DNA of 63,344 nt, the filler included, from Octopus bimaculoides (lineage: Eukaryota), in NCBI RefSeq assembly GCF_001194135.2. It is 4 parts of 4 records of this genome, joined end to end, with 100 filler letters (N's around TTAATTAATTAA, not from the genome) between each part and the next. Parts side by side here need not be neighbours in the genome. Positions count along the whole stretch, not along the records: positions 25,083 to 56,873 come from NC_069003.1; 3 more parts are not named here. One strand, 5' to 3'. This document shows positions 35,532 through 50,142 of this stretch, in pieces. How positions within the stretch are numbered: the stretch's first letter is position 1; the number at the start of each line of letters is the position of its first letter. The notes beneath the pieces are model-generated. The model saw only the letters and a list, made by a program, of their open reading frames with translations. It had not been told where the DNA came from and did no database searches. Both the position numbers and the translations under genes were made by a program.

Positions 35532-35919
35532 CTGAGAGAAAAACAGAAACAAAAAAAAACGTAGGGACGTGGTGACTACAATAACCTCTTGGGTCTTAAG
35601 GGGCACCATTCCAGGTATCGTTTCCATTTAGGGTCCCTAAGAAAAAGCTCAGACTAGCAGATTCCTCCCATCNNNNNNNNNNNNNNNNNNNNNNNNNNNN
35701 NNNNNNNNNNNNNNNNNNNNNNNNNNNNNNNNNNNNNNNNNNNNNNNNNNNNNNNNNNNNNNNNNNNNNNNNNNNNNNNNNNNNNNNNNNNNNNNNNNNN
35801 NNNNNNNNNNNNNNNNNNNNNNNNNNNNNNNNNNNNNNNNNNNNNNNNNNNNNNNNNNNNNNNNNNNNNNNNNNNNNNNNNNNNNNNNNNNNNNNNNNNN
35901 NNNNNNNNNNNNNNNNNNN

Positions 35920-35960
<41 letters not shown>

Positions 35961-36353
35961 CAGGCTTCTTACAGTTTCTGTCAACCAAATTCAATTACAA
36001 GGTAGTGGTTAGCCCGATGTTATAGTAGGACACTTGCTTGCGCAAGGTGCTACGCAGTAGGACTGAACACAGAACCATGTGGTTGGGAAGCAAACTTCTT
36101 AACACACAGCCACGTCAAAATATTAACATCTTAAAGGGTTAGGCCACACGTAAAAGAGACCCATGGCAAAATATAAGCCAGCAAACACCTAAATTGAGGG
36201 CCCAAAAATTACAATTTGCTGCAGCTGAGTCCCTCTTTGAAACATCAAACTTTCATAAAACCACACAAACTTATCCTACTTAATATTAACCACAGCTGCT
36301 ATTTCTAGCAAACATTGTCAGTATGTAAATAAATAAAACAACAGTTATCTTAC

Positions 36354-36532
36354 TTCACTCTTTCCTTTCTTTGTGGGTGGTCGCCTAGTAGCAAGACTGC
36401 CAACGTTTGCTAGCGTTGCCTTAGTTCTGTTGGCAGAAATATCCAAGAGCTCTGTTTCTGGGACAGCATCCAGGTCTTGAGGCTTGGCGCCACTCTTTTC
36501 TATCACCACTTGAGAGTCCAATAATTCAGCTT
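36354..36532 (-). CDS. PPP1R9A: Neurabin-like exon with the conserved AVPETELLD..A..TKA.L motif
   Basis: CATAG acceptor, GTAAGA donor, phase 1 to 0. DLDAVPETELLDISANRTKATLANVGSLATRRPPTKK resembles neurabin-1 EAVPETERLDSKALKTRAQLSVKNRRQRPSR. Confidence 0.82.
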
Positions 36533-37566
36533 CTATGGCAAAACAACAGATATTGTTACAACTCAAAACATACTAATTACTCTTCGCTAATTAGCAGATG
36601 AAAGACATAATTGCCTCACAACTGCATCACATTGCACATAAGACTTGAAAACAACCAGTGGAATTCTGAATTCTTGAAAACAACCAGTTAAATTCTTTAT
36701 GTTTCACTGGCAAAACACATGACCTGAAACAAAAATATAGAAAAAGTACAAGTATGTTGGTGTGTGTGTGCGTTACAATTTCTAATGTGTATTTATATAC
36801 ATTTGTTATACTTGTGTACATATCTCCATGTGTATATGTGTATACATACACACACACATATATATATAGATATATATATATGGAAGGGTGCTGAAACGTT
36901 TCTGGCTTTTAAAGTGTATCATGAAAGGCCTGATTGGAGGCCCAATCTTCCGAGTATTTTTAGAGGGCTTAGAAAAACTGAAGGACTGCTGCAATAAGTT
37001 TGTGAATATGAGAAGGGAATATGTAAATAAAATTATAATTAACTGATCCTCCTGCATTTTACCCAAAGCCAGGAACTTTTTAGCACCCTCTCGTATATAA
37101 TGTAACTGATGCTTTGCACCATCCCTTCTCAGATTTTCTACACTCTTCAAGTATGTTCTGATGAAATATGAAGAAAATATTAAAATAGAGTTCAGGCAGG
37201 GTGTTACATTTATTAATATATCATTGGTCGTTTCAAGTCAGGTGGTCTCACTGTTAAGGTTCTGAAGTGCTTAGTATGAACCACATGCTAGGATTAATAT
37301 CAAGACCACATGACTTGAAATGACCAATGAAATGGAAATGCCATCATCTTATGTTTTCAATACATTTCACCTCAACAAAATAACAGATTGTGAAAAATGG
37401 AGAAGTGATGGTGTAAAACATCAGAAATACATAGAAATAAATGACTGCACTCCAAAGTATTCATTGAGTACATTATATAAATATCAAAATCACCACTGGG
37501 TTGATACCCACTTATTCCGTTTTGGCACAATATAAGTAGGATATGAATTACTATACACACACAAAC

Positions 37567-37647
37567 ATACATGTAGATACATGTAGATACATGTAGATAC
37601 AAACATACATGTAGATACATACATGTAGATACATACATGTAGATACA
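37567..37647. repeat. 10/14-bp ACATGTAGAT(ACAT) tandem repeat
   Basis: Direct reading of the sequence. Confidence 0.85.
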
Positions 37648-38702
37648 GAGTAAAATTCTAAAAGGACAAAATACAGAATCAGAAATACAGAATAACTGGG
37701 AACAAAAATGGCACTTCAGGATACAGAGAACTTCAAGGATGGGAATTTGAACAAAAAAGGTTATGGTGAAATTAAAAAAAGGGAATTGAAAATGTTTACA
37801 AAAACAACAAATTAACAACTGGAAGAAAGAGACCATAAACTGAAAGAATACATTAATATAATAATTGAAGAATAACAGATAAAATAACGGTAATTGGATT
37901 AAGATGATCAAGATGAGAGGTAGGATAAGCAGGTATCAGGGTGTTGGCAGAATGTGACAAGGCTGGTCCCTTTTGAATTACAGGTGTTACTACTCATTTC
38001 TATCAGCTGAGCAGAGTGGAGCAACATGAAATAAAGTGCCTTGCTCAAGAACACAATGTGCTGCCAGGAATCGAACTCATGAGCTTATATTCAAGAGCTG
38101 AATACCCGAATCACTAAGTCGTATGCCTTCGTGATTCAATCATTCAAAGCAATGAAAGTAAAATGGACCCATGGTGGATTATGAGCTCAAAACGAAATTA
38201 GATCCAACACCAACCAGTTCTGGCCAACAATACTGGAAATTTAATTTTTCAGAAAAAAGGAAAAAAAAAAATTGCTTTTCATTTTTTTTTCTCTAGAGAA
38301 GAATTTTCAATTAAAACAATAAACAATTAACAACATAAAATATTTTCACCTGAAAAGATAAACACACACATACATACATACATACATACATCAACACACA
38401 CGTTGGCGATGACAGTGGCAGTGGTGGTGGTGGTGGTGGTAGTGGTGGTAGTGACAGCAGGTGGTTTGAATGAGTGATACCAGTAATACACACGCCATGC
38501 TGGAGCATTTTACTTAATCACATATTAGAAAACAAAAACAAAAAGGTACACATTGAAGGCAAAGGAAGGTTTGAAGTGATCACATGCAGCTGTAATAATC
38601 AAAGTGATTAACAACAATGGTGGAAAGTCGAAGACAGGGTGAACAAAAAAGCTACACAAAATTAATTCATTATGACAATGTACAACAGTCACTAACGTCA
38701 CT

Positions 38703-38739
<37 letters not shown>

Positions 38740-38744
<5 letters not shown>

Positions 38745-39700
38745 CCTTTCTACTATAGGCACAAGGCCTGAAATTTGTGGGGAGGGGACTAGTTGATTAC
38801 ATTGACCCTAGTGTGTAACTGATACTTATTTCATTGACCCCCGAAAAGATGAAAAGTAAAGTTGACCACAGCAGAATTTGAACTCAGAATGCAGCAACAA
38901 GCAAAATACTGCTAAGCATTTCGTTCGGCGTGCTAACAATTCTGCCAGCTCACTGCCATAATAATAATAATGATGATGATGATGATGATGATGATCCTTC
39001 CTACTACAGGCACAAGGTCTGAAATTTTGAGGGAAAAGTTGGGCATAAGAGGCATCAGATGTGGTGTGCAAGAGAGACAACTGCACTGGTATGGTTGTGT
39101 GATGCGTATGGACGAGGACAGCTGTGTAAAGTGCTGATCTCTGTGGTGGGAACCAGTGGTAGAGGTAGACCCAGGAAGACATGAGATGAGGTGGTGAAGC
39201 ATGATCTTTGAACTTTGGGCCTCATAGAGGTAATGGCTAGTGACCAAGACCTTTGGTGATATTCTGTGTTTAAGAAGAACCATCAAGCCAAGTGAAATTG
39301 CAGTCGTAGCTGATGCTGGTGTCATGTAACCAGCACCTGTGCCAGTGGCACATGGAAAGCTCCTTTCAAGTGTTGGGTTTCACAGAAGCAATGACAAATG
39401 AATGAGACCCTTGGCATTATGCCATGCTTGAGAAGAAGACTCATCGAGCCAAGTAAAACCACAGTCATGACAGATAACTGCTGTCACGCAAATGGCACCT
39501 GTGCCGATGGCACATAAAAGCACCCATTACACTCTCAGAGTGGTTGGCATTAGGAAGGGCACCCAGCCATAGAAAACCATGCCAAATCAGACTGGAGTCT
39601 GGTGCAGCCTTCCAGCTTGCCAGCCATGGCCAAACTGTCCAACCCATGCCAGCATGGAGAAAGGACATTAAATGATAATGATGATGATGATGATGATGAT
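38740..39700. mobile_element. Family A SINE (-) followed by a SINE stub interrupted by an RTE LINE 3' end (+)
   Basis: 38740-38960 full SINE; 38995-39035 SINE tail; 39040-39700 GRGRPRKT*DEVVKHDL remnant plus tail and (GAT)n. Confidence 0.7.
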
Positions 39701-42164
39701 GACTTACACACACACACACACACACACATTCACTATTCATAATCAATTGAGTTTAGAAAGTTTATTATAATTAAAATGTTTTTGTTTAGTTTGTTGATTC
39801 TGAGATTTATTAATATTATTAACGAAATAACTATTATATCACTATTATTAGATTATCACTATGATTATAATTATTATTATTATTATTAGAAGCAGCAGCA
39901 AATTACTGTTATATCATTATTATCTTCATATTATTACTAGTACTACTACTATTATCGTTGTTACTAGTACAATCACTACTACTACTACTACTACTATTAT
40001 TATTATTATTATTATTATTACGTTACGTTAGGTGCTTTAGTTTCACTTGTGACACACTCCCAACAGAACTAAGTTACATCTTTAAGTCCTTATTTATTTG
40101 TTAATTAGTTGTAGCAAAGTGCAAAATAATAATAATGATAATAATAATTGTGTAATATCTTTTATTATTTTTTCCTTTTGCTGATATACGTGGATGAGAA
40201 ACAACCAGTTTAGACATGAGTATCTAAAATCTAAAACTATCTAAATATTGGTTTGTTTAATTCCGTTCCATATGTTGCAGTTTACCGTTTCAATGCCAAA
40301 ATCAAAATGTTAAAAAAAAAAAAACAGAAAAATGGAAGGGATATAAATATATATAAATAAAAGGAGACATTTTGTTAAGAAGAAGCCTGTTGGCAGAAAT
40401 TGGCACATTTCTGTGATTTTTAAAGAGTCTGAATCAACAGATGGCAAAAGGAAAGCAAAATACATTTTTTGTAAGTGTTGGTGTCACAGAGGAGTGCTGT
40501 TTGAACAAAAGCAAACAAAGCAAACAGTAAAATAAATGAACATTATACCCCAAGCATACCTCAACTTATGTTGTTTCAAGAAATGTCTTTGTCTTGACTT
40601 TGTCATTTTTTTTTTTTAATTAATTAATTAATGGAAATACCTCAACTCAATTACAGTCAGTTTATTCAACTCCCTGAACATTTAACCCTTTAGAATTAAA
40701 ATGGGGTCAAATCCAACCCAAATATTTTATCTGTTTTATGCTCAAATTGATTGGATCTGGCCTATCACACCTACTCTACAATGTCATTCTAAAAATAACA
40801 ATCACATGATTTCAATCTTGAGGTTACAAGATAATGAATGATCAACAGAAAACAATGGGAATAAGTTTTGCATTTGAGAGAATAATTTGAACGCTTAAGG
40901 GTTAAAAACATAACAATTAAAAAAAAACACCTAAAAACTAACACAGAAATGAAAAACCAAATAAAATACGTAAAAATATGTACTAATGATTTCCTGAAAC
41001 GAATATAAGCTAATAGATTTTTTTTTAATGGTTTTTTTTTTTTTAATATCATTTTTCAAGTTAAGTCGCATGTCTTGGAACAAATTACAGATGTAAGTTG
41101 AGGTATGTTTGTATATAAGGGAAACAAAACTGGGAATATGGGAGTATGATTTAGGGAAGGTAAAAAAAAATGGGCTATGGATCTGACTCTGATGATGAGC
41201 AATGACTCTGAAACTAGTCTCTGGATGCTGGCTTTGCTGGGTAGAGATGCTTATCACCCTTGTTTAAAAACTTAAGGCCATGGGAAATGTGTCAAGTCCA
41301 ACAGGAAATGGGGTTTCCTAGGGCTAAATAACAGTAGCATTCTTCCCTTTTATGGGACTGTCACATTGACAACATACTATCACTTTTATCGTGCTGCTAC
41401 TGTATAAATCTCTCTGAGAGATTTAGAAATATATTATTTCTAAGTTATAAGGTGGTCTGTGTGCCTCATCTGACACAACCATCACGCAGCTTTGTGCTGT
41501 AATCTTCTTGTTTTCTCGTGAAATAATGAAAATACATTAGTATAATTAATTAATCGTTGTTTAACCCTATATCATTCCTGTTCAAGCAAAACTACTGTCA
41601 AAGACAACCCAACCATGAGCATCCTGTCTTTACTTTCCAGGCAGTCCATCAAGGACTACATCATTTAATATGTGCTTCATTAGTGTTACTGTTCAGCCCT
41701 ATGATCAAAAATGTTCCAGTTACAACTATTCCAGACAATGCTGGACGACAAGATCCCAAAAAGTCCTTCCTCGTATAGATAGTTGTATATAATTTAAGGA
41801 ATGTTGGCAGTGGTAGATAAAAAAAAAAAAAACTCCAGAAATGTATATGTGAATATCAGAATTTGCATACATAGTCAACCCATATTAACTGGAGGATAAT
41901 TAATTCATTTTTTTTTTTATACTGAAACTTAACAAAACTAAAACTGAAATACAGTGAAATAAAAAAATAAAAAAAATAAAACAAATGAAAATAATAATAA
42001 ACAAAAACACAAACAAATAAGACAAGAAACCAGCAGCTGTTTTTCAGACTCTTTAAATCAAAGAAATGCTTTTGAGCTCTATTAGTGTGACATATTTTCT
42101 AACAACGAGTCCAGCGTAATGCAAGCAAGTTGGGTGTGGTTTTGTCCTGCACATTGTGTCTTAC

Positions 42165-42242
42165 CTGGACTTAATCCTACATCTGAAATAGATATTTCTG
42201 ATCCGGACGACATGGTGTCTGTGTCGAGGCTGAGGTCATTAT
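42165..42242 (-). CDS. PPP1R9A: Neurabin-like Ser/Asp-rich exon
   Basis: TTTCTAG acceptor, CAG|GTAAGA donor. The 78-bp phase 1 to 1 exon DNDLSLDTDTMSSGSEISISDVGLSP fits the flanking exon phases. Confidence 0.7.
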
Positions 42243-42565
42243 CTAGAAATAGCAGAGACAAAATCATCATGATGAACACTGACAAACAGGCGACGATGGG
42301 GAACACACAGCAAGACGACAGAATCAGGTGAAAAGCTCCACTGCATTTTTCCGAACCGGTCAGTTCCAGTTGGATTTTTGAAACCTTCGAATTCTGTTCT
42401 TCCAGAAATGGAGTGAAGACGAAGGGAGAGAGAAAGAGTTCATTCTTTTCAGTAGTAAAAATTAACATAAGATTTTCATTAAGTTAATTAATAAAATAAT
42501 TATTACTCCCATGCAGTCTAAAATAACTGCATAAGTATGCATATACAAATACATACATACACGTG

Positions 42566-42607
<42 letters not shown>

Positions 42608-43268
42608 NNNNNNNNNNNNNNNNNNNNNNNNNNNNNNNNNNNNNNNNNNNNNNNNNNNNNNNNNNNNNNNNNNNNNNNNNNNNNNNNNNNNNNNNNNNNN
42701 NNNNNNNNNNNNNNNNNNNNNNNNNNNNNNNNNNNNNNNNNNNNNNNNNNNNNNNNNNNNNNNNNNNNNNNNNNNNNNNNNNNNNNNNNNNNNNNNNNNN
42801 NNNNNNNNNNNNNNNNNNNNNNNNNNNNNNNNNNNNNNNNNNNNNNNNNNNNNNNNNNNNNNNNNNNNNNNNNNNNNNNNNNNNNNNNNNNNNNNNNNNN
42901 NNNNNNNNNNNNNNNNNNNNNNNNNNNNNNNNNNNNNNNNNNNNNNNNNNNNNNNNNNNNNNNNNNNNNNNNNNNNNNNNNNNNNNNNNNNNNNNNNNNN
43001 NNNNNNNNNNNNNNNNNNNNNNNNNNNNNNNNNNNNNNNNNNNNNNNNNNNNNNNNNNNNNNNNNNNNNNNNNNNNNNNNNNNNNNNNNNNNNNNNNNNN
43101 NNNNNNNNNNNNNNNNNNNNNNNNNNNNNNNNNNNNNNNNNNNNNNNNNNNNNNNNNNNNNNNNNNNNNNNNNNNNNNNNNNNNNNNNNNNNNNNNNNNN
43201 NNNNNNNNNNNNNNNNNNNNNNNNNNNNNNNNNNNNNNNNNNNNNNNNNNNNNNNNNNNNNNNNNNNN

Positions 43269-43303
<35 letters not shown>

Positions 43304-44327
43304 CACAAAAATAATCACACAAAAATCCCAAAAGCAATACAACAAAAAGCTGTATGATCAACAACAATAACAAAGTACAACAACAACACAAAATAGAAAC
43401 AGACTTCAGTGCCAATAAATGAACATGAAGGTAGAAGGGATGGGGGTGGATGCAAAATGAAGAGGTAACAACAACATCAACTACAACAAAAACTTGATAA
43501 TAAATATAAAATAAATGAATAAAATAAACAAAATGAGAAAAACAAAACATTATTGAATCAGTTTAAGATACTAGTTTAGACTCATCCTCATTATCACCAT
43601 CATCATAATTATCATCAACAACAGATTCATGGTAGGTTGAGGTAGTCGATATTGCAGCAATACATATACTACGCATTGGGATACCAATATCTTATCTATT
43701 CACAACGTGAAGAATTCTTATGTTGATTTCAAAGAACAAATATTCCAATTGTCCAATGGTACGACAAATGGAACTACATATGTAATGAATCATTGCCTAA
43801 ATGGCTGAAAATTCCACAGACACTTGTATCATCTCAGGCAAACTTCATAGTGAGACTGTGTGTGTGTGTGAGACAAAGCTAGCTCTTTGAACCACAGGTA
43901 TAAATCATTCAGCAAGCTTCCACACAGTTTCTGTTGAACCAATTCCATTCCAAGAACTTCAGTCAACACAAGGTTATCTATAATAAAACACCCGTGCCTT
44001 AGGTCCATGATGTTATATTGAAACTGGAATCTTGTGATTCAAAACCAAACATTTGAGCCAGTCAGCTATTCATATACCCATAGACTCATGGCAATAAATT
44101 TTAAAACATTTATCAAGCATTTTAAATGGTTTCTTATCACATTATCCCTTTCCTCCTTGTTTTAGGCTATTTACTATGACGGGACAATGTTTTCCCTTCA
44201 CAAAATGTTTGACACACTTTTGTTATGAAGCAATGGAACAAAATTAGCACAATACAAAATAATGATCTCCCAAACAACATTTAGTTATATCTATCTATCT
44301 ATCTATATATATATATATCTATATATC

Positions 44328-44368
<41 letters not shown>

Positions 44369-44752
44369 TATATTATAAACATACACAACATGCTCACACA
44401 CACATATACATATTTTTTTTAAATAATGAANNNNNNNNNNNNNNNNNNNNNNNNNNNNNNNNNNNNNNNNNNNNNNNNNNNNNNNNNNNNNNNNNNNNNN
44501 NNNNNNNNNNNNNNNNNNNNNNNNNNNNNNNNNNNNNNNNNNNNNNNNNNNNNNNNNNNNNNNNNNNNNNNNNNNNNNNNNNNNNNNNNNNNNNNNNNNN
44601 NNNNNNNNNNNNNNNNNNNNNNNNNNNNNNNNNNNNNNNNCCTATAGATACCCCAAAGTGATTGACTAACCAGGATAACAGTTTCAGTAAAAGCACATGC
44701 ACGCGCACATGGAGCATGTCTTCATTCTTTTGAATCTTCAGTTGATGTACAT

Positions 44753-45050
44753 CAGCGATTCCCAACCATTATTGCATCATGGGCTGGTTTCATGCAATGC
44801 AATTTTTTCCACAGACCAGGGAAACACATGCATAACAAAGCGGAATAAAGTGCATAAAAAATTATTTAATTATTGGATATATAATATATATATATATATA
44901 TATACTACATATATAATGCAAAAGAAAACTCTGCAGGCTGTGATAATTAATAAAACAAATAAAATTTAAAAATTTATTCTTTCTGAGCAACCAGGTACCA
45001 AATGCTCCATGTCCTGGAATTGGTCCATGGCTGGTGGTTGGAGACGCCTG
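44753..45050. mobile_element. hAT-type MITE with a perfect 8-bp TSD
   Basis: ATGTACAT|CAGCGATTCCCAACC...GGTTGGAGACGCCTG|ATGTACAT. Confidence 0.85.
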
Positions 45051-46109
45051 ATGTACATGAGAGAATTTTTCAAAAGTAAAAAGCATTTCTTTTCTTAACT
45101 GATAGATACGGTTGATGGAGAACTACCCAAACCAAACTACAGCCTGGATGTGCAATCTCAGTTTACCCTGACACATCACTATAAAGACTGCCAACAGAAA
45201 CACTTTTTAGGCTTTGGTTTGCAAGATTCTTCATGTGAGTTTGTGTGTTTAAGCATATTTTGTTGTGTCTGGGGAGAGTCATTCCTAATACTTCTGTTGT
45301 CAGGATTTTAAATTGAAAGAAAAATTCCCTCCTGGAGTTGCTTCTTGCAACCTTCTTCAAACTCAGGAGAAAATTCAGAGTCAGTACTGCAGTTAACAAA
45401 GAACTCATCAATTAATCTGTGACAATACCTTCGTCAGAACACCTGTAATATTTAGGGGCAGTGACAATCAACAACCTCCATACTAGACAGATACTTTATT
45501 TAATTGACCCAAAAGGACGAAAAGCAAAGTTGACCTCAGCAGGATTTGAACTCAGAATGTAAAGACATTTTTTTCTGACTCCCTAATGATTCAGCCAATC
45601 CAGTCCCTGCTAAATAAGGAGGAAACTATGTTTTGTTTAGGTTGGCAGGACAATTAAATTGGCTCAACACAAGTATGTTACAGGTATCTATAATCTAATC
45701 AACCTCAGAAAAATGAAAAGGACAACTGTGATCTCAACATTGCATTTGAATGTGAAGAAAACAGCGATGAAAATACAAAATCATAAGAATTAATGATGGG
45801 CCAGGGAGCTCACCATCCTTAGAATTTAGATTACTTTGTCAAATGTTTTCCTTCCATCCTATTCAAGGACACACAAGCACTTTGACACACACACACACAC
45901 ACACACACACAATGGAACTTCTCCCTACCGAAACCATTCACAAGGCTTCGGTTGGCCTGAGGCTATAGCAGAAGTTATTTGCTCAAGGTGCCATGCAGTG
46001 GGACTAAACCCAGAACCAAGTGGCCTGGAAGCAAGCTTCTTACCCACATAGCCAGGCCGGCACCCATGCTTATTTATTCACATTGTTTTGAATTAATCCT
46101 GCATTATCT

Positions 46110-46435
46110 CATAACTATGTGAAGGCATGTGGCTCAGTGGTTAGGGTATTCAGTTCACAATCGCAAGGTCATGAGTTCAATTCCTGGCAATGCATTGTGT
46201 CCTTGAGCAAGACACTTTATTTCACATTGCTCCAGTCCACTCAGCTGGAAAAAAATGAGCAGTACCTGTATTTCAAAGGGACCAACCTTGTCACACTGTG
46301 TCATGCTGAATCTCACTGACAACTACGTTAAGTGTACACATGTCTGTGGAGTGCTCAGCCACTTGCATGTTAATTTTATGAGCAGGTTGTTCCATTGATT
46401 GGATCAACCGGAAGCCTCATCGTCATAGCTATGAG
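46110..46435 (+). mobile_element. tRNA-headed CORE-like SINE nested inside a piggyBac-type MITE
   Basis: GTGGCTCAGTGGTTAG (A box), GAGTTCAATTCC (B box), TGTGTCCTTGAGCAAGACACTTTA core, CATA(A/G)CTAT flanks. Reverse copies at 37940-38130 and 51720-51925. Confidence 0.7.
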
Positions 46436-47229
46436 ATTTCAATGATGTGGATGTTTATTTCTGGAATGACATTGCAGGGTAGGTGTGAGAAGCTCAATCT
46501 GGCCGGTTTGAACATAAAACAGGTGGAATAATTGGGGTCAGATATGGTTGGTTTAAATGCTAAAGAGTTATGTTATGATAAAAAAAGAGACACAGGTGTT
46601 TGTAGAACAAAAAAGAAAATGGTGAGACATGAAAGAATGAAAATGAAGCAAACCAAGGCTGAAACCGGTAAGAAAGAAAATTCGAATTTCTAGTGAAAGC
46701 TTGAAGCTGCTAAAACCATGCATAACAAACTTTATCAGCAGCTCACCTGAATATGTCACTGTTAACCCATGGGACCCAAGTGACTCATGGGAGTAAGCTT
46801 TTAAGTAATACTGAAGCCAAAATGAACCAAGCATGTAAGGTGGGTGATTAAAGGGTCAACCGATTGATTGATGAAAGACTGATTGATTGATGAAAGGGTC
46901 AAGAGTTCTGTGAAGAAGTTAAGGGGCTGATTAAATCTGATTGATATAAGTAGTGGTTTGGAACAGGTACTTAAGGAGGCAGAGGAAAGGGCCTTATGAG
47001 TCATGTGATGAGGGCAAGTGTGCCCACATGAGAGTAAGATGAAAAGACCTGGAGATGAGACAGAAATAATGAACAGACAGACCCCCTCCCCCACACCCTG
47101 TCACCACTGTCACCATTCTCTTCAGGTTGATATTTAGCAGGACTTCGGAAATAACCATACGTAAATACACATACACACACAGATAAACACATACACACAG
47201 AGCCTAAATATATACACATGCGTATATGT

Positions 47230-47279
<50 letters not shown>

Positions 47280-48792
47280 NNNNNNNNNNNNNNNNNNNNN
47301 NNNNNNNNNNNNNNNNNNNNNNNNNNNNNNNNNNNNNNNNNNNNNNNNNNNNNNNNNNNNNNNNNNNNNNNNNNNNNNNNNNNNNNNNNNNNNNNNNNNN
47401 NNNNNNNNNNNNNNNNNNNNNNNNNNNNNNNNNNNNNNNNNNNNNNNNNNNNNNNNNNNNNNNNNNNNNNNNNNNNNNNNNNNNNNNNNNNNNNNNNNNN
47501 NNNNNNNNNNNNNNNNNNNNNNNNNNNNNNNNNNNNNNNNNNNNNNNNNNNNNNNNNNNNNNNNNNNNNNNNNNNNNNNNNNNNNNNNNNNNNNNNNNNN
47601 NNNNNNNNNNNNNNNNNNNNNNNNNNNNNNNNNNNNNNNNNNNNNNNNNNNNNNNNNNNNNNNNNNNNNNNNNNNNNNNNNNNNNNNNNNNNNNNNNNNN
47701 NNNNNNNNNNNNNNNNNNNNNNNNNNNNNNNNNNNNNNNNNNNNNNNNNNNNNNNNNNNNNNNNNNNNNNNNNNNNNNNNNNNNNNNNNNNNNNNNNNNN
47801 NNNNNNNNNNNNNNNNNNNNNNNNNNNNNNNNNNNNNNNNNNNNNNNNNNNNNNNNNNNNNNNNNNNNNNNNNNNNNNNNNNNNNNNNNNNNNNNNNNNN
47901 NNNNNNNNNNNNNNNNNNNNNNNNNNNNNNNNNCAGAATAATCGTTTCGTAGCCTTCTGCAGACCTTCCTAGACTAGTGAGGGTGGTGTTAATAAAGTTC
48001 CTCTTGGACGTTTTTAAGTCAGCACCTGTGGGAAAGATATGAGCAAGGGGGAAACTCCAAAGAGTGCCACCATTCTGGGAAGAAGGGACTGTGGTGGTGG
48101 TGGTGGTGGTGGTGGGGGTTTGGGCACAACAGTGGTGATGAGAGGAGGAGAGATGACACAGGGTCAGGAATGTTTCAGTGGAAGTGGTACGAGTCAGTCA
48201 GTTCTGAGGAGCAGAGGCCATAACAGTAGCTGTTGAAAAAAGACAATGAAAGGAAACTGAGCAATATTGTGGGCCAGTGGATGGAACTAGTATAAGTGAC
48301 TTTATGCCAATTAGTCAGGTGGCAGTTAGACCTGACTGAGTCATATAGAACATTAGGCTGCCAATCAAAGAGTTAATGGTTCACATCCCACCAGAAGCTA
48401 CATTACTCCTTGTCCATGGTGTGAAGATAGATTTAACTGTTGAATAGCTAATTCAGTCAATCTAACAGAAAATAAGTACCATGGGGTGGTAGAACATACT
48501 TTTAGACTCCTCAATGAGAACATTTTAGAAATTAACAAATGTTTTCTTTGGAAAATCTCTTCATGTCCAAATGTGTCCAAATGAGGGAGATGGCATTTAC
48601 TCTACATACCTCATGAAAACAATTGAAATCTTAAATGGAATTGTTGGAAGGCTAAACATCTCCCTACCCAAGAGATTTTTCACCCCTTTTCTTTTCATCA
48701 CTATTAATATCAACCCTCACTTCAAGAGATTTTGGAGCTTGGAGTTGTTTCTTTCATTGCAAACAACAACATGACAGACAACGGAGACTTAC

Positions 48793-48943
48793 CGGGTGAC
48801 TTTGGTAAACTTGTTGGGTTCCCCATGGTAACAACGGTTTTCTCAACCCGTTGGTTACTGGGAGAACCAGATTCTTTAGGTATGGCCACAGGTAATCCTG
48901 CAGCTTTTTGTGTTTCTGCTAAATCATGTTCCAGTTGGAATAT
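48793..48943 (-). CDS. PPP1R9A: Neurabin/spinophilin-like exon, end of coiled coil
   Basis: Pyrimidine tract + CAG acceptor, GTAAGT donor, phase 0 to 1. IFQLEHDLAETQKAAGLPVAIP resembles recalled invertebrate spinophilin (VINLEHELQETQRKAGFPVGLP). Confidence 0.8.
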
Positions 48944-50111
48944 CTGATGGAGAAAGAAAAATGATAAAATTAAAAAAAAAAACAGCTTGTACAGGAGAAG
49001 GCCAATAGCTTTTACTAAAGGAAGATAGCTGCACAAAAGAGGGCTCAAAAGTGCCCTTAAGATTTTACTGAAGGAGATTAACTGAGATGNNNNNNNNNNN
49101 NNNNNNNNNNNNNNNNNNNNNNNNNNNNNNNNNNNNNNNNNNNNNNNNNNNNNNNNNNNNNNNNNNNNNNNNNNNNNNNNNNNNNNNNNNNNNNNNNNNN
49201 NNNNNNNNNNNNNNNNNNNNNNNNNNNNNNNNNNNNNNNNNNNNNNNNNNNNNNNNNNNNNNNNNNNNNNNNNNNNNNNNNNNNNNNNNNNNNNNNNNNN
49301 NNNNNNNNNNNNNNNNNNNNNNNNNNNNNNNNNNNNNNNNNNNNNNNNNNNNNNNNNNNNNNNNNNNNNNNNNNNNNNNNNNNNNNNNNNNNNNNNNNNN
49401 NNNNNNNNNNNNNNNNNNNNNNNNNNNNNNNNNNNNNNNNNNNNNNNNNNNNNNNNNNNNNNNNNNNNNNNNNNNNNNNNNNNNNNNNNNNNNNNNNNNN
49501 NNNNNNNNNNNNNNNNNNNNNNNNNNNNNNNNNNNNNNNNNNNNNNNNNNNNNNNNNNNNNNNNNNNNNNNNNNNNNNNNNNNNNNNNNNNNNNNNNNNN
49601 NNNNNNNNNNNNNNNNNNNNNNNNNNNNNNNNNNNNNNNNNNNNNNNNNNNNNNNNNNNNNNNNNNNNNNNNNNNNNNNNNNNNNNNNNNNNNNNNNNNN
49701 NNNNNNNNNNNNNNNNNNNNNNNNNNNNNNNNNNNNNNNNNNNNNNNNNNNNNNNNNNNNNNNNNNNNNNNNNNNNNNNNNNNNNNNNNNNNNNNNNNNN
49801 NNNNNNNNNNNNNNNNNNNNNNNNNNNNNNNNNNNNNNNNNNNNNNNNNNNNNNNNNNNNNNNNNNNNNNNNNNNNNNNNNNNNNNNNNNNNNNNNNNNN
49901 NNNNNNNNNNNNNNNNNNNNNNNNNNNNNNNNNNNNNNNNNNNNNNNNNNNNNNNNNNNNNNNNNNNNNNNNNNNNNNNNATATATACATGTGTGTGTAG
50001 GGGTGTGTTTATATGCATGTGCCTGCAGATATATACTTAAGCATGTTTGTGTGAGTTTGTAACTGTGTGTGTGTGTGTGTTTGTAACTCTGTGTGCATGT
50101 GTTTGCATGTG

Positions 50112-50142
<31 letters not shown>
